From: a virus
Lineage: Duplodnaviria; Caudoviricetes
DNA length: 64,000 bases
Virus record (IMG/VR): IMGVR_UViG_3300044580_000119
Span: 5,513 to 69,512 of that record
Strand: one strand, 5' to 3'
The notes under the pieces were generated by a model. That model saw only the letters and a program-made list of their open reading frames with translations. It did not search any database and was not told the origin of the DNA. Below, one piece after another: positions 11,307-20,972 of the stretch (the first letter of the stretch is position 1; every line of letters begins with the position of its first letter). A program made the position numbers and the translations under genes.

Positions 11307-12269
11307 TTATCCTAACAATTCATCCAATCTTTTAGAACGCTCTGCTTTAGAACGAGCTTCTATATTTCCAATTGGTTTCTTAACAATATTACCAGTAGCT
11401 TTAGAACCCACAATAGCGACTGGTGTCTTTTGGTTAGTATTATTACGACTTTCTACTTTGCCCATACTATTCCTGTTGCCAAATGCAGCACGAACAATTA
11501 ATTGAGCTTGTTTTTCATTTAAAGGATTAATACTTAAATCTACATTTGGATATAATTCAGTAATGGTACTACCTAATATTTTTAAATCTTCATTACTTAA
11601 ATTACTATTTAATCCCACCGTATTCAATGCACCTGCCAGTACTGCATCATTATGTTGTATTATCCGCTGTTGCTCATTCTGACGTGTTACATTGTTTAAT
11701 GCTGATTTCAAAGTTTCTATCTCCGCTTTCAATCCTTTGGTTTCCCGCTCCACAATCTTAGAAGCTCTGTATTGTATTTCATCTGCAACAGTATCAAAAT
11801 ACTCGGGTTCTGGTTCTACTACTTCCTGTGGAACTGTTCTATCTTTGTAAGCCTCTGGATGTTTAGCCATATAATACGCATCGAAAATTTGCTCTTCGGT
11901 ATAACCTTGTGCTTTATTATTTAAAAAATATCGCAAGAAATCAGATTTCGCTACATCATTCAATAATGGTTCTAAAGTTTTATATGATTGATACTTTTCA
12001 CCATTTATTCTATAGTCCCGCCACAAATCTTCCAATTGTTGCTCGGTCACTATCTCTTTAACTGGTCGCCCTGTATCATCATTATAAACAACCTCAAATT
12101 GACCACCAACAGGTTCAACATCATATAACTGTTCCTGTTGCCCACCTTCAATTTGCAACTCACCTTCATCAGAATTTACATCATAGCCAGAGTTGAACTG
12201 CTCTTGACTATCAAGATTCTGTTCCTCACTTTCGTTTAAAACTTCATCTGTCACTACATTATCAGCCAT
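11307..12269 (-). CDS. Putative capsid scaffolding protein
   Basis: Acidic N-terminus, helical/coiled-coil middle, basic C-terminus; lies between portal and MCP. Confidence 0.65.
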   Translation of the reverse strand: MADNVVTDEVLNESEEQNLDSQEQFNSGYDVNSDEGELQIEGGQQEQLYDVEPVGGQFEVVYNDDTGRPVKEIVTEQQLEDLWRDYRINGEKYQSYKTLEPLLNDVAKSDFLRYFLNNKAQGYTEEQIFDAYYMAKHPEAYKDRTVPQEVVEPEPEYFDTVADEIQYRASKIVERETKGLKAEIETLKSALNNVTRQNEQQRIIQHNDAVLAGALNTVGLNSNLSNEDLKILGSTITELYPNVDLSINPLNEKQAQLIVRAAFGNRNSMGKVESRNNTNQKTPVAIVGSKATGNIVKKPIGNIEARSKAERSKRLDELLG

Positions 12270-12288
12270 ATAAATACCTATTTTTTTA

Positions 12289-12319
12289 CAAAATTAATAA
12301 TATTCTTTACATAAACAAA
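12289..12319 (-). promoter_or_regulatory. Bacteroidota-type -33/-7 promoter (TTTG-N19-TAATTTTG) for scaffold/MCP
   Basis: Exact match to TTTG-N19-21-TAnnTTTG about 20 bp upstream of the scaffold ATG. Confidence 0.7.
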
Positions 12320-12334
12320 TTATTTTATTCACAT

Positions 12335-14278
12335 TCATTTTGATACTCCAGGTTGATTCTGCTGTTGGACTTGCATTAATTGTTGTACCACATTACTTTC
12401 CTGCTCCTTCGGGCTGATGCCTATTGACTTTTTCAACTCATCACGAAGGACTTGTTTCTTAACTTGTGTTTGTACTTGCTCTTGTATTTTTTGTTCCTTC
12501 GCCTGTTGTGCCATCTCCATTGCTTGTTGCTGATATTCAGAATAATATTTTCGTATCTCTTCTTTCTTTGTTTCTGGTAGAGAAGTATATTCTAATAATA
12601 ATGGCATTGTAAGTTCAGGTGGCATTGGAACAACTTGGAAAAAGTGTAATAGTTCTGTGAAATATTTTTCTTTCATTGCTTGGGTTTGCATTGCCTCATC
12701 AACCACAATATCAAATTTAATTTCAGTAAGTGTATCTAATATTGAATTATCAATATTCACATATTGCAAATCTTTACTTTGCCCTATCAAACGAATAATT
12801 TGACGGGGCGACATACAATGTTGTATATACCATACTATACGCTCGCTTACCGCTAATCGCCAAACACGTAACGCTTCTAATACAGGTAAATGCCCTGTAC
12901 CTGCAGCTGCTGCACGAGCTTCTACAGCCCGCCCACTCTCAGCCGCATTTTCAGTTAAACCCATAGCGTTTGGACCGCCCATTTGCGTAGTCATTATTTC
13001 ACGAGCAAAATTAATAGTTTGGAATATCTGCGGATTCACAGGATTATCTTGCAATACTTGTATAGCGTTTCCTATAACTGGAATAATAGGACGTGTTGTA
13101 GATAACTCACGACGCACCTTTTCTAATGTTACCCCCCGTTTTAGCAATGCTTCATTAACTAATGTTACACCTTTATTCTGGGCACCTAAGGCGTGATCCC
13201 ATTGCGAGAAGCCACGATTGATTTCATCTTGTGGATTCTTTAAATTATCCACAACGCTAAAGAAATTGCCTTCCCAAAAATACGGAAAATATGGGACATA
13301 CTGATAATCTGTAATAGACAAATCATTGTCTATAATAACCTTATCACCTATCACAATAGTTTGATGAATTATCTCGCTATTGTATTTATCCATATATAAA
13401 AGTTCTGTACCATATGCATCGCCTAATGTAAGGGGTATCCCCTGCTCAATATAGCCAGATTGCAAAGTTTCAAAGTAAGTTTTTGCTTCATTTTTAGTAT
13501 CAAATTTATGTATCTCACCACGAATATCATCAACTACTATCCATACAGTAATCACTTTATGTTCATTATAATCATAACATTTTAGCAGTTCTTTTTTAGG
13601 GTCTTGATATTTCACATACTCCATTATATAGCGTTTTGCATTAATTGCATCCACATCTTCATCAGCTAGGATAGCTTCATTTAAAATATAATCTTCAAAA
13701 TCAGGAAATATAGATGCTAAGTTTTCACGAGATTCATAAAATACTCTACACATCCACGGTGCGTCACGCAATAGTTTATCGTGCGTATGATACAAATCCC
13801 AATACATTTCGCCAAATGGGACATATTCTATTTTCGGGTATCCATCTAGCACTTCATTAGTATCCCAATAAATATGTGCAAAACCCACACCTGTTAGACA
13901 ACCAGTGGTGAATATATCTGTTTCTATATTTTTTATATTATTGCTTTGTTCAACCCATTTAATTAAATACGATAATATATCCGAGGCTAATTCATCGCTT
14001 ACTTCTCTGCCGACAGCTTTAATATCCATACGAGTTTGCATTTGCACGCCAATAAGATGTTGAATTTTTGGGAATATTTCATTCATTACTTTTGGCTTCC
14101 GCCCCTGTTGCAAATGGCTTTGAATTTCTTCTTCAGTCCAAGGATGCCCACTATAATAATTATAATTTGTTAATCCCTCTTCGTATATCTCATTAAAATC
14201 AGAATTTACCGATTCTAGATTAGTTCTAACTTTCTCATATAAATCAATATCATTCTGTACTTGATTTGGTAATTTCAT
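12335..14278 (-). CDS. Portal protein (P22-like)
   Basis: 647 aa; YYSGHPW...GRKP..MNEI, YVPYFPY, LKNPQDEINR, ESGRAV..R, KFDIVV, Q-rich C-terminal barrel. Confidence 0.9.
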   Translation of the reverse strand: MKLPNQVQNDIDLYEKVRTNLESVNSDFNEIYEEGLTNYNYYSGHPWTEEEIQSHLQQGRKPKVMNEIFPKIQHLIGVQMQTRMDIKAVGREVSDELASDILSYLIKWVEQSNNIKNIETDIFTTGCLTGVGFAHIYWDTNEVLDGYPKIEYVPFGEMYWDLYHTHDKLLRDAPWMCRVFYESRENLASIFPDFEDYILNEAILADEDVDAINAKRYIMEYVKYQDPKKELLKCYDYNEHKVITVWIVVDDIRGEIHKFDTKNEAKTYFETLQSGYIEQGIPLTLGDAYGTELLYMDKYNSEIIHQTIVIGDKVIIDNDLSITDYQYVPYFPYFWEGNFFSVVDNLKNPQDEINRGFSQWDHALGAQNKGVTLVNEALLKRGVTLEKVRRELSTTRPIIPVIGNAIQVLQDNPVNPQIFQTINFAREIMTTQMGGPNAMGLTENAAESGRAVEARAAAAGTGHLPVLEALRVWRLAVSERIVWYIQHCMSPRQIIRLIGQSKDLQYVNIDNSILDTLTEIKFDIVVDEAMQTQAMKEKYFTELLHFFQVVPMPPELTMPLLLEYTSLPETKKEEIRKYYSEYQQQAMEMAQQAKEQKIQEQVQTQVKKQVLRDELKKSIGISPKEQESNVVQQLMQVQQQNQPGVSK

Positions 14279-14427
14279 AATAGTTTCACCCTATATTTAA
14301 TCATAATAGTTTCACCCTATATTTAATCATAATAGTTTCACCCTATATTTAACAATAATTTCCGCCCTATATATCATAATAGCTTCCGCCCTATATATCA
14401 TAATAGTTGCACCCTATATTTAATCAT
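14275..14427 (-). repeat. Six tandem 21-26 bp repeats (consensus TTAAATATAGGGTGAAACTATTATGA) encoding four ATGA-overlapped mini-ORFs
   Basis: Three exact 26-bp units at 14275-14352, then variants at 14353-14373, 14374-14397 and 14398-14423. Confidence 0.95.
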
Positions 14428-15896
14428 AAATAATAAGATTTTAAACTTACAAAATATGGATTTTTTCTTGGGTCGTATATATCGCCAGCTTCTAATTCGG
14501 ATAAATCAGTCGAGGGGCTTTCATAATCATCATCCATTCGGCGTTCCCGATCAGTATAAAAATTAGTTAATTCTTCTGAACTAATTGTTGTGTAATCTGG
14601 ATAACCAAAACCAGACACCAGCATATAACGTAAAGCATCAGCTGCATCATCAGGGCCAGTCGTATCTAAATCTTCTCTATTTGTTCCACTTCTTTGTGTA
14701 TATTGCAGTATTGGAAGAGTATCTATTAATGTGGTACATATATTAAAGATATGCAATTTGGGAGGTTTATTAGGAGTATGGAACAACCATTGCTTCACTA
14801 TCCGCCATCCATTTACACGTGAATTAGAAGCTGGCATTACTGGCAACCCACGCCGTATAAACATATTAGCCACAGATTCTTCTAAATAATTTTTCATTTT
14901 ACTCTCGCCCCATATCGAAGGATCTGCCCAAATAATGTGTTGCGGCAATTGATCGTATATAGGTTTAATATCATCTATATACTGTTCAGCTACACCCATA
15001 GCAGTATATTCTTGGAATATATATACACTACCAGTGTCAGGATCTTGAGCACCCCATAAGCATACTGTCGGGTGATCTGTATATCCTAAATCTAGCCCAG
15101 CCGCAAAATTCCAAGTGCGTGGTATTTTAAATGGCTCTATTACGTGCACATCATCAGACCAAGAATCAAAAAACTGACCTGCGTATACACTCCAATCACC
15201 ATTAAGCCAGGCTTCTAATATGCCAGGATCTTGCAATTTCAATGCTCTGATATATTGCTCCCTATCGAGATAAGGATTATCATATATACGAGCTGGGATA
15301 AATTTAAAATATTCTTTTTGCTCTAATTCTTCCGCCGACCATTGTGTGTAATCTCTATCTACAAAATGCGTTTTAAACCATAAATGACTAATACCCCCTG
15401 GGTTCCCAGTCATTAATACCGTAGCTTTAAAATTAATATTTTTAGCCGACCTACACGATGCAAATAACAACTTTAATAAATGTTCTGGAAAGTTAGGCGC
15501 TTCATCTATAATCATTAACTGATATTCCAACCCTTGAATTTTCTGTGCATCATTCTTTGTTTCAAGAGAACGAAAAGTAATACGTGAGCCATTATCAAAT
15601 ACAGCTACCTTCTGCTTGACCTTAAAAACATATCCAAATACGTCAGGTGGGTATCTGCTGATAAGCTCGTTAATAAATAACTCTTCAATTTCAGAATATG
15701 TCTTACGAATAATAACAACATTCAAACCTGGATAACTTATAGCACAACGCACAGCAGCAGCTAAAGCCATCCAACTCTTACCACCACCACGCGCACCACC
15801 ATAAAATATATATGAACCCGTGCCCAATAAATCCATTGCCTGCTTCTGCACTGCCGTAGGGCTCATATAATCGCTTAACTTCATAATTACTCCCAC
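14424..15896 (-). CDS. terL: Terminase large subunit
   Basis: Walker A GGARGGGKS, Walker B MIIDEA, TGNPGG, nuclease GLDLG and DDAADALRY; start is GTG 15896 or ATG 15884. Confidence 0.95.
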   Translation of the reverse strand: MGVIMKLSDYMSPTAVQKQAMDLLGTGSYIFYGGARGGGKSWMALAAAVRCAISYPGLNVVIIRKTYSEIEELFINELISRYPPDVFGYVFKVKQKVAVFDNGSRITFRSLETKNDAQKIQGLEYQLMIIDEAPNFPEHLLKLLFASCRSAKNINFKATVLMTGNPGGISHLWFKTHFVDRDYTQWSAEELEQKEYFKFIPARIYDNPYLDREQYIRALKLQDPGILEAWLNGDWSVYAGQFFDSWSDDVHVIEPFKIPRTWNFAAGLDLGYTDHPTVCLWGAQDPDTGSVYIFQEYTAMGVAEQYIDDIKPIYDQLPQHIIWADPSIWGESKMKNYLEESVANMFIRRGLPVMPASNSRVNGWRIVKQWLFHTPNKPPKLHIFNICTTLIDTLPILQYTQRSGTNREDLDTTGPDDAADALRYMLVSGFGYPDYTTISSEELTNFYTDRERRMDDDYESPSTDLSELEAGDIYDPRKNPYFVSLKSYYL

Positions 15897-15969
15897 CCTA
15901 TATAAATAATAATTGCATCCTATATAACAATAGTTTCACCCTATATAAATAATAATTGCATCCTATATA
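15881..15969 (-). repeat. Four degenerate copies of the same TATATAGG(G/A)TG repeat between terS and terL
   Basis: On the + strand: aataataattgcatcctatata twice, acaatagtttcaccctatata, tcataattactcccaccctatata. Confidence 0.9.
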
Positions 15970-15973
15970 ATAA

Positions 15974-16237
15974 TTATGTAGCAATCTTTTGATATTTTGG
16001 AGTAATGTTCCAGGTATTAGTAGGAGCATCTAGGTCATCTACAATACCTTTTTTGTCTGTTTTAGTACCATCCAAAGTCTTTCTAATTGTTATTAGTGTT
16101 TGCATTGCTTTAAAAAATTCATTAGAATTACTATCATTATCAGTAATAAAATCAGCAAGACGTTCAACACCTTGACGAATTAAATCATCAATATCCTTTT
16201 TTAATTGGTCGGGATTGTATTCTACTTCGTTTTCCAT
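15974..16237 (-). CDS. Putative terminase small subunit
   Basis: Short helical protein directly upstream of terL; positional inference. Confidence 0.45.
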   Translation of the reverse strand: MENEVEYNPDQLKKDIDDLIRQGVERLADFITDNDSNSNEFFKAMQTLITIRKTLDGTKTDKKGIVDDLDAPTNTWNITPKYQKIAT

Positions 16238-16260
16238 ATCATACCTTTCTTTCTATAATA

Positions 16261-16293
16261 CAAAATTAAACAAAATAATATAATATACACAAA
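16261..16293 (-). promoter_or_regulatory. Bacteroidota-type promoter (TTTG-N21-TAATTTTG) for the packaging operon
   Basis: Consensus match in the divergent intergenic region upstream of the putative terS. Confidence 0.65.
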
Positions 16294-16420
16294 AAAAATA
16301 TTTTTTTTAATTTATCTTATTATCAATGATTTACAAATTCACAAATAATTAAATTACATTTATTTTGCTATTTGCTTTACAATACTTAATTTGCATTTTT
16401 TACAATTAAAGGTTTTTGAA

Positions 16421-16861
16421 ATGAAATATAACAATCAAATCACAATGACGGGGATAGCATATTATCCCAAGATGGCAACAGCAAAAAATGGTAAGGGGTA
16501 TTTATCATTCACTTTACGTTATCCTATTAAGAACATTAAGCAGGCGGTATTTATCAAAGTGCTAATATTCAATGAATTTGAAATTGACGCTTTATACAGG
16601 GAGCTGACCACTCACGAGCATCCTTACGTATCAGTTTTTGGGCGTTTAGATTTTGGTTTATATCAGGAGAAGCTCAATTTAACGCTCATAGCGAATAGTT
16701 GTATTGTAGGGACTTATGAATCTTCACGCAGGGAGACTAATGCCGACAAGGATATTGGTAGAATGTTAAACGAAGAAATGGACGCTGACTTTTTAGCTGA
16801 ACCTTTTGATAAGGATGATTCAATAACAAACGAGGAGGATGATGATGGACCAGGATTTTAA
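16421..16861 (+). CDS. ssb: Single-stranded DNA-binding protein
   Basis: NQITMTG, V.V.GRL OB-fold pattern, acidic tail ending DDDGPGF. Confidence 0.8.
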   Translation: MKYNNQITMTGIAYYPKMATAKNGKGYLSFTLRYPIKNIKQAVFIKVLIFNEFEIDALYRELTTHEHPYVSVFGRLDFGLYQEKLNLTLIANSCIVGTYESSRRETNADKDIGRMLNEEMDADFLAEPFDKDDSITNEEDDDGPGF

Positions 16862-17195
16862 TGAAAGATACAAACAATCTAATTTGCTTATAGTATCAAA
16901 TGAAAAGGGCATAGTGGATTACGCATATGATTGGTTCTCTAATGTCGAGGTAATCAATGATTTCCCAATGCCAGAGATTGACGATACTTACAACACTATT
17001 ACAGAAAAGGCACTCAAATTATCTAGCGTCATATCAAAGTGGTTAATGGCGGGAAATGGACCGGATTTCAAATATGTATATTTGCATACTTGGGATATAA
17101 TGGACGCATTAATATATTATTCAGCACCGTGGATATGGGTATTCCCTGTATTCGAGGATACTGCAATGGGTAAAAATTTTATCAAATGGATTTAG
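16839..17195 (+). CDS. Hypothetical protein
   Basis: GAGGAGG RBS; overlaps ssb end. Confidence 0.55.
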   Translation: MMMDQDFNERYKQSNLLIVSNEKGIVDYAYDWFSNVEVINDFPMPEIDDTYNTITEKALKLSSVISKWLMAGNGPDFKYVYLHTWDIMDALIYYSAPWIWVFPVFEDTAMGKNFIKWI

Positions 17196-17208
17196 TATAT
17201 TTGTAAAA

Positions 17209-17589
17209 ATGGGGGTAGGTAAAATGAAAATAGATAATAATACAGCTCATATATTTTTATCACAATTTTGTGGATTAATGTTTCAACAAATATGCACGCA
17301 AACATTTAGTGAGTGTAAGAATTATAATGCTTTAATGAAGCAATACAATAAATATCACACATTCATACAATCATTAACTAAAAAGAATATTCAAAAAAAT
17401 TTAGAATATTTGATATTAGAAAACAATTCACAGATAGATAATGATACACAGTCGCCTGCTCCCATATTATTATTTAATATACCAGATATAAAACATACTG
17501 GAATACTTGCTTTATACAAAGCACGATGTGAAGAAGCATTATCTAATGAATTTTATTATTGGATAGACCAATTTGCACAATTAAATTAA
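17209..17589 (+). CDS. Hypothetical protein
   Basis: ORF directly upstream of dnaB. Confidence 0.55.
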   Translation: MGVGKMKIDNNTAHIFLSQFCGLMFQQICTQTFSECKNYNALMKQYNKYHTFIQSLTKKNIQKNLEYLILENNSQIDNDTQSPAPILLFNIPDIKHTGILALYKARCEEALSNEFYYWIDQFAQLN

Positions 17590-17622
17590 CAATTATTATT
17601 TACATATTAAAGGAGGTTATAA

Positions 17623-18915
17623 GTGTCACAAATCATCAGTACGGATGCAGAGAACGCTTTAATTGGAGGTATGTATGTCGAGCCTGATAATATAGGCACA
17701 GTTATTAGCATATTGACACCTAATCCCATACACATACACAATGATTTAAATAAATACGCATACAATGAATTAGTAAATTTATATACTCACAACATCGAAA
17801 TAAATCCTACAATATTCACGGATAGATTAAGCAAGAAGTTATCGCCAACGCAGGTTAAAAATTACATATTGACACTCTCTCAATCTTGGCAAAAACAGAA
17901 CATTAGGGATATTTGCAATGTAGTTTTAGGACAATCTTTAAGGCATTATATGTTCGCAATATCTACCAAAATGCAACAACGCATATATGCACGTGAGGAT
18001 CCGTTGGATATTATCGAAGATTTCAATATACAGATAAATAAGCTCACACAGGTAGCTCAATTTGAAGCTATTGAAGATTTAAATACTATGACATCTAAAA
18101 TGTCTAACTTATTAGATGAAGGTGATAATCCATTTGTTCATAAATTCATAACATCTGGGTATAATCAGCTCGATGATATATTAATGGGTGGATACGTGCA
18201 AGGTCAAATGAATATAATTGCAGGGCGACCGTCAATGGGCAAAACCGCAGTATTAATTAATATGGCATATAGAATGGCTATGCAGGGTTTTAATGTAGCT
18301 TTTTTTAGTTTAGAATCAACAAAAGAAGAATTATTAGTAAGATTAATGAATTTAGTATTGAACAAAAACATTCGTGAATTAATCGAAACTAAACCTAATA
18401 TATTAAAAAAAGGACTTCAAAAATTGCAACAATTACCTATATTTATTGATGACCACGGCAACTTGGATATTGTTACCCTTCGCAGTAGAATATATCAATT
18501 ACAACATACCCGCAAAATTGATGTGGTCATTATAGACTATTTGCAATTAATGACTACTAAAAATTATGATGTGAGAGAACGTGAAGTCTCAGAACTATCC
18601 CGCCAATTGAAAATTATAGCTAAAGATTTTAAATTGATAGTTCTCGCAGCTGCACAACTAAATCGAGCCGTAGATGCACGAACAAATAAAGAACCAATGC
18701 TCTCTGATTTGCGAGAATCAGGCTCCATTGAACAAGACGCAGATATTGTAATGTTCGTATATAGAGACGCCTACTATAACGATACAACACAAAATAGCGA
18801 CGCTAAAATTATCGTGAAAAAAAATCGAACTACTGGCGGCATAGGCACCCTTAACCTGCACTTTACCCCAGGCATAGCTAGCCTCACCGAACAAAAACCC
18901 GATATACCATTCTAA
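17623..18915 (+). CDS. dnaB: Replicative DNA helicase DnaB
   Basis: AGRPSMGKT, FFSLE, IIDYLQL, AQLNR, LRESGSIEQDAD. Confidence 0.95.
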   Translation: MSQIISTDAENALIGGMYVEPDNIGTVISILTPNPIHIHNDLNKYAYNELVNLYTHNIEINPTIFTDRLSKKLSPTQVKNYILTLSQSWQKQNIRDICNVVLGQSLRHYMFAISTKMQQRIYAREDPLDIIEDFNIQINKLTQVAQFEAIEDLNTMTSKMSNLLDEGDNPFVHKFITSGYNQLDDILMGGYVQGQMNIIAGRPSMGKTAVLINMAYRMAMQGFNVAFFSLESTKEELLVRLMNLVLNKNIRELIETKPNILKKGLQKLQQLPIFIDDHGNLDIVTLRSRIYQLQHTRKIDVVIIDYLQLMTTKNYDVREREVSELSRQLKIIAKDFKLIVLAAAQLNRAVDARTNKEPMLSDLRESGSIEQDADIVMFVYRDAYYNDTTQNSDAKIIVKKNRTTGGIGTLNLHFTPGIASLTEQKPDIPF

Positions 18916-19106
18916 TTCATTATTTTTTCATAAGAAATTATAGCATTCTGTATTTGATATATAGGTGCTATATTTTCTTTTATACGTGATAATATGTCAT
19001 TATTAATTTATAATATTAAGTAGGGTATAAGAATATAATCAGTATAGAATTAGTATAGTATTAGGGGAATGACAAAAAGGCGGGGTAGGATATAGTGCAC
19101 GTCAAG

Positions 19107-19216
19107 AAATCAATTTTAACGTGGTTTAATTCACGCAGGTTCAATTTTTAATATAATCAGAATAAAATATACCAACAGAATAGGAAAAATTCAACTACGT
19201 TAAAAGTAGGGGGGTA
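19107..19216 (+). repeat. Conserved ~103-110 bp intergenic element, copy 1
   Basis: Blocks AAATCAATTTTAA, TTCAATTTT(T)AATAT and ACTACGTTAAAAGTAG shared with the reverse complement of 41218-41327. Confidence 0.8.
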
Positions 19217-19354
19217 AAATCGGCATTTTAAAAGCATTCAATAGGGGTAAAACAGGTAGATGGGGAAAAGAAATAAAGAATAAGAAAAAGAAAAGAAAAG
19301 GGGGAGAAAAGTAAAGAAAAAGAATAAGAAACAAAGAAGTAAGATATAATATAT

Positions 19355-19390
19355 AAAGCAAAGAGTCCCAAATAACTCTTTGCTTTTCTT
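19355..19390. terminator. 12-bp stem-loop (AAAGCAAAGAGT / ACTCTTTGCTTT), possible terminator
   Basis: Perfect inverted repeat in the convergent dnaB-rusA gap followed by T-rich sequence. Confidence 0.5.
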
Positions 19391-19412
19391 ATATTTCTTA
19401 TAAATAAATCTA

Positions 19413-19696
19413 GTATTATTATTATAATATATTATATATATATTTATATTATTATAATATATATTATTATTAATTATTATATATTTATATTATAATAATA
19501 ATATATTATATATATATATTATTAATATTATATTATATATATATTAATTATTAATTATGAATATAATATAGCCATATTATATTCATAATATATATTATAT
19601 TATTATATTTATATATTATTATAATATATTATATATATATTTATATATTATTATATTATTATATTATTATATTATTATATTATTATTATATTATAC
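19413..19696. repeat. Almost pure A/T low-complexity tract; candidate origin unwinding element
   Basis: About 280 bp of TAT/ATA repeats with only a handful of G/C bases. Confidence 0.85.
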
Positions 19697-19785
19697 TTGA
19701 ATATCAAAATTTCATACTTGAAAAGATGAATATAAATATTTTGATATGAAAGTTATAAATTTCATAAAAGATGTAATAATATGTG

Positions 19786-20208
19786 CTACAATTGAGCAGG
19801 AAAAACAAAGACATTTTGCAATGGAATATCATTTAATTCTTCGATACCCCAGATATACAGCTCAATGCTATTGTCATTAGCTTCTAATTTAGTTACCCAA
19901 AACTCCACTATTTGTGCATCATCTACCCATACTATACCACTCATTGCATCCATTATGCCTTTGTTAATATTACTGTCCAAATCTGGTCGTTTCACCCTGT
20001 AACCATTACCTTTGCCCTTGTACCTGTATATACCCCTTACCACTATACCATCCTCATACTTCTTGAAATTCAATGGAATCTGCCTACGCACCTCCCAACT
20101 TATAGCCTCCTTGTATTCACGTACCCTCTGCGATTCATAATATCTACCCTTACCACCACGCACACTCTGCACACCTATTGCACGCATACCTATCTTTATG
20201 TGTAACAT
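19786..20208 (-). CDS. rusA: RusA-family Holliday junction resolvase
   Basis: KRPDLDSNINKGIMDAMSGIVWVDDAQIV signature. Confidence 0.9.
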   Translation of the reverse strand: MLHIKIGMRAIGVQSVRGGKGRYYESQRVREYKEAISWEVRRQIPLNFKKYEDGIVVRGIYRYKGKGNGYRVKRPDLDSNINKGIMDAMSGIVWVDDAQIVEFWVTKLEANDNSIELYIWGIEELNDIPLQNVFVFPAQL

Positions 20209-20227
20209 TACTTTATATCCTTTTTTA

Positions 20228-20261
20228 CAAAATTACAATAAATAAAATATATATACGTCTA
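20228..20261. promoter_or_regulatory. Back-to-back promoters: TAATTTTG (minus strand, rusA) and ACAATA-N15-CGTCTA (plus strand)
   Basis: CAAAATTA at 20228-20235; ACAATA at 20235-20240 and CGTCTA at 20256-20261. Confidence 0.6.
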
Positions 20262-20295
20262 CATTTTTAACTAATATTAAAAAAAAAGGTTTTAT

Positions 20296-20703
20296 ATGTT
20301 ACGCAATTTATGTCTTACTGCTATTATACTCCTGCTCGCTCTTAACCTTAATGCACAAGTTATCTATACCCAACAATACGCAGGCTACGTAGGCTTCGAT
20401 GATATGAAAACACTCGATACAATTACCGTCACCATTAACCAAATTAATAATAATACATACCTCAATATCCAAACCCGATACCTCGATCTACACCTCAAAA
20501 CATCAATCTATACCGATAGCCTGGAATTTAATAAGTATGTCGGCATACCCGTAATCCATCTTAAAATGCTAGAAAAAATCGAGAATGTCATCCACTACGC
20601 CGACTTCCAACTCTACGAAAATAAATTTAATGGACTCTTCCTTGTTAAAGATCCCTCTATTAATAAATCTACATCCCTTATGATAGCTGCCTTTAAACTG
20701 TAA
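20296..20703 (+). CDS. Secreted protein with Sec signal peptide (moron-like)
   Basis: MLRNLCLTAIILLLALNLNA-Q signal peptide; has its own promoter motif and terminator. Confidence 0.7.
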   Translation: MLRNLCLTAIILLLALNLNAQVIYTQQYAGYVGFDDMKTLDTITVTINQINNNTYLNIQTRYLDLHLKTSIYTDSLEFNKYVGIPVIHLKMLEKIENVIHYADFQLYENKFNGLFLVKDPSINKSTSLMIAAFKL

Positions 20704-20730
20704 AAATACAAATTAAAAAATGAAATTTCT

Positions 20731-20762
20731 AAATCGGGAACAAAATAATCCCGATTTTTTTT
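20731..20762 (+). terminator. Rho-independent terminator
   Basis: AAATCGGGA...TCCCGATTT followed by a T run. Confidence 0.75.
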
Positions 20763-20782
20763 ACCTGCAATAAAAACTAAAT

Positions 20783-20844
20783 TCTAAAATCAAAAACTGA
20801 TGAATACCCCAAAATCTAAAATCAGAGAGCTGGTGAATACCCCC
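20783..20844 (+). repeat. Imperfect direct repeat pair TCTAAAATCA-N4/5-CTG(A/G)TGAATACCCC
   Basis: Copies at about 20783-20810 and 20815-20844. Confidence 0.75.
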
Positions 20845-20972
20845 CAACCCCCCACAATACCACAATGTGATCTTATTCCCCACTAAATTATAAACTCCAA
20901 ACTTAATAACAGCTCAAAAATTATTTAACCTGCCCTAACTATATATTGCTGCATAATAATATTTAGATCAAT

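Noticed and set aside
324-11505. Short plus-strand ORFs (for example 324-518, 4989-5198, 8308-8703)
   Set aside because: Antisense shadows of well-supported minus-strand structural genes
14275-14423. CRISPR array
   Set aside because: Units are directly adjacent with no unique spacers, and there are no cas genes
14275-15969. T7-like promoters (TATAGGG core)
   Set aside because: The upstream TAATACGACTCAC-type specificity region is absent and no single-subunit RNAP is seen in the window
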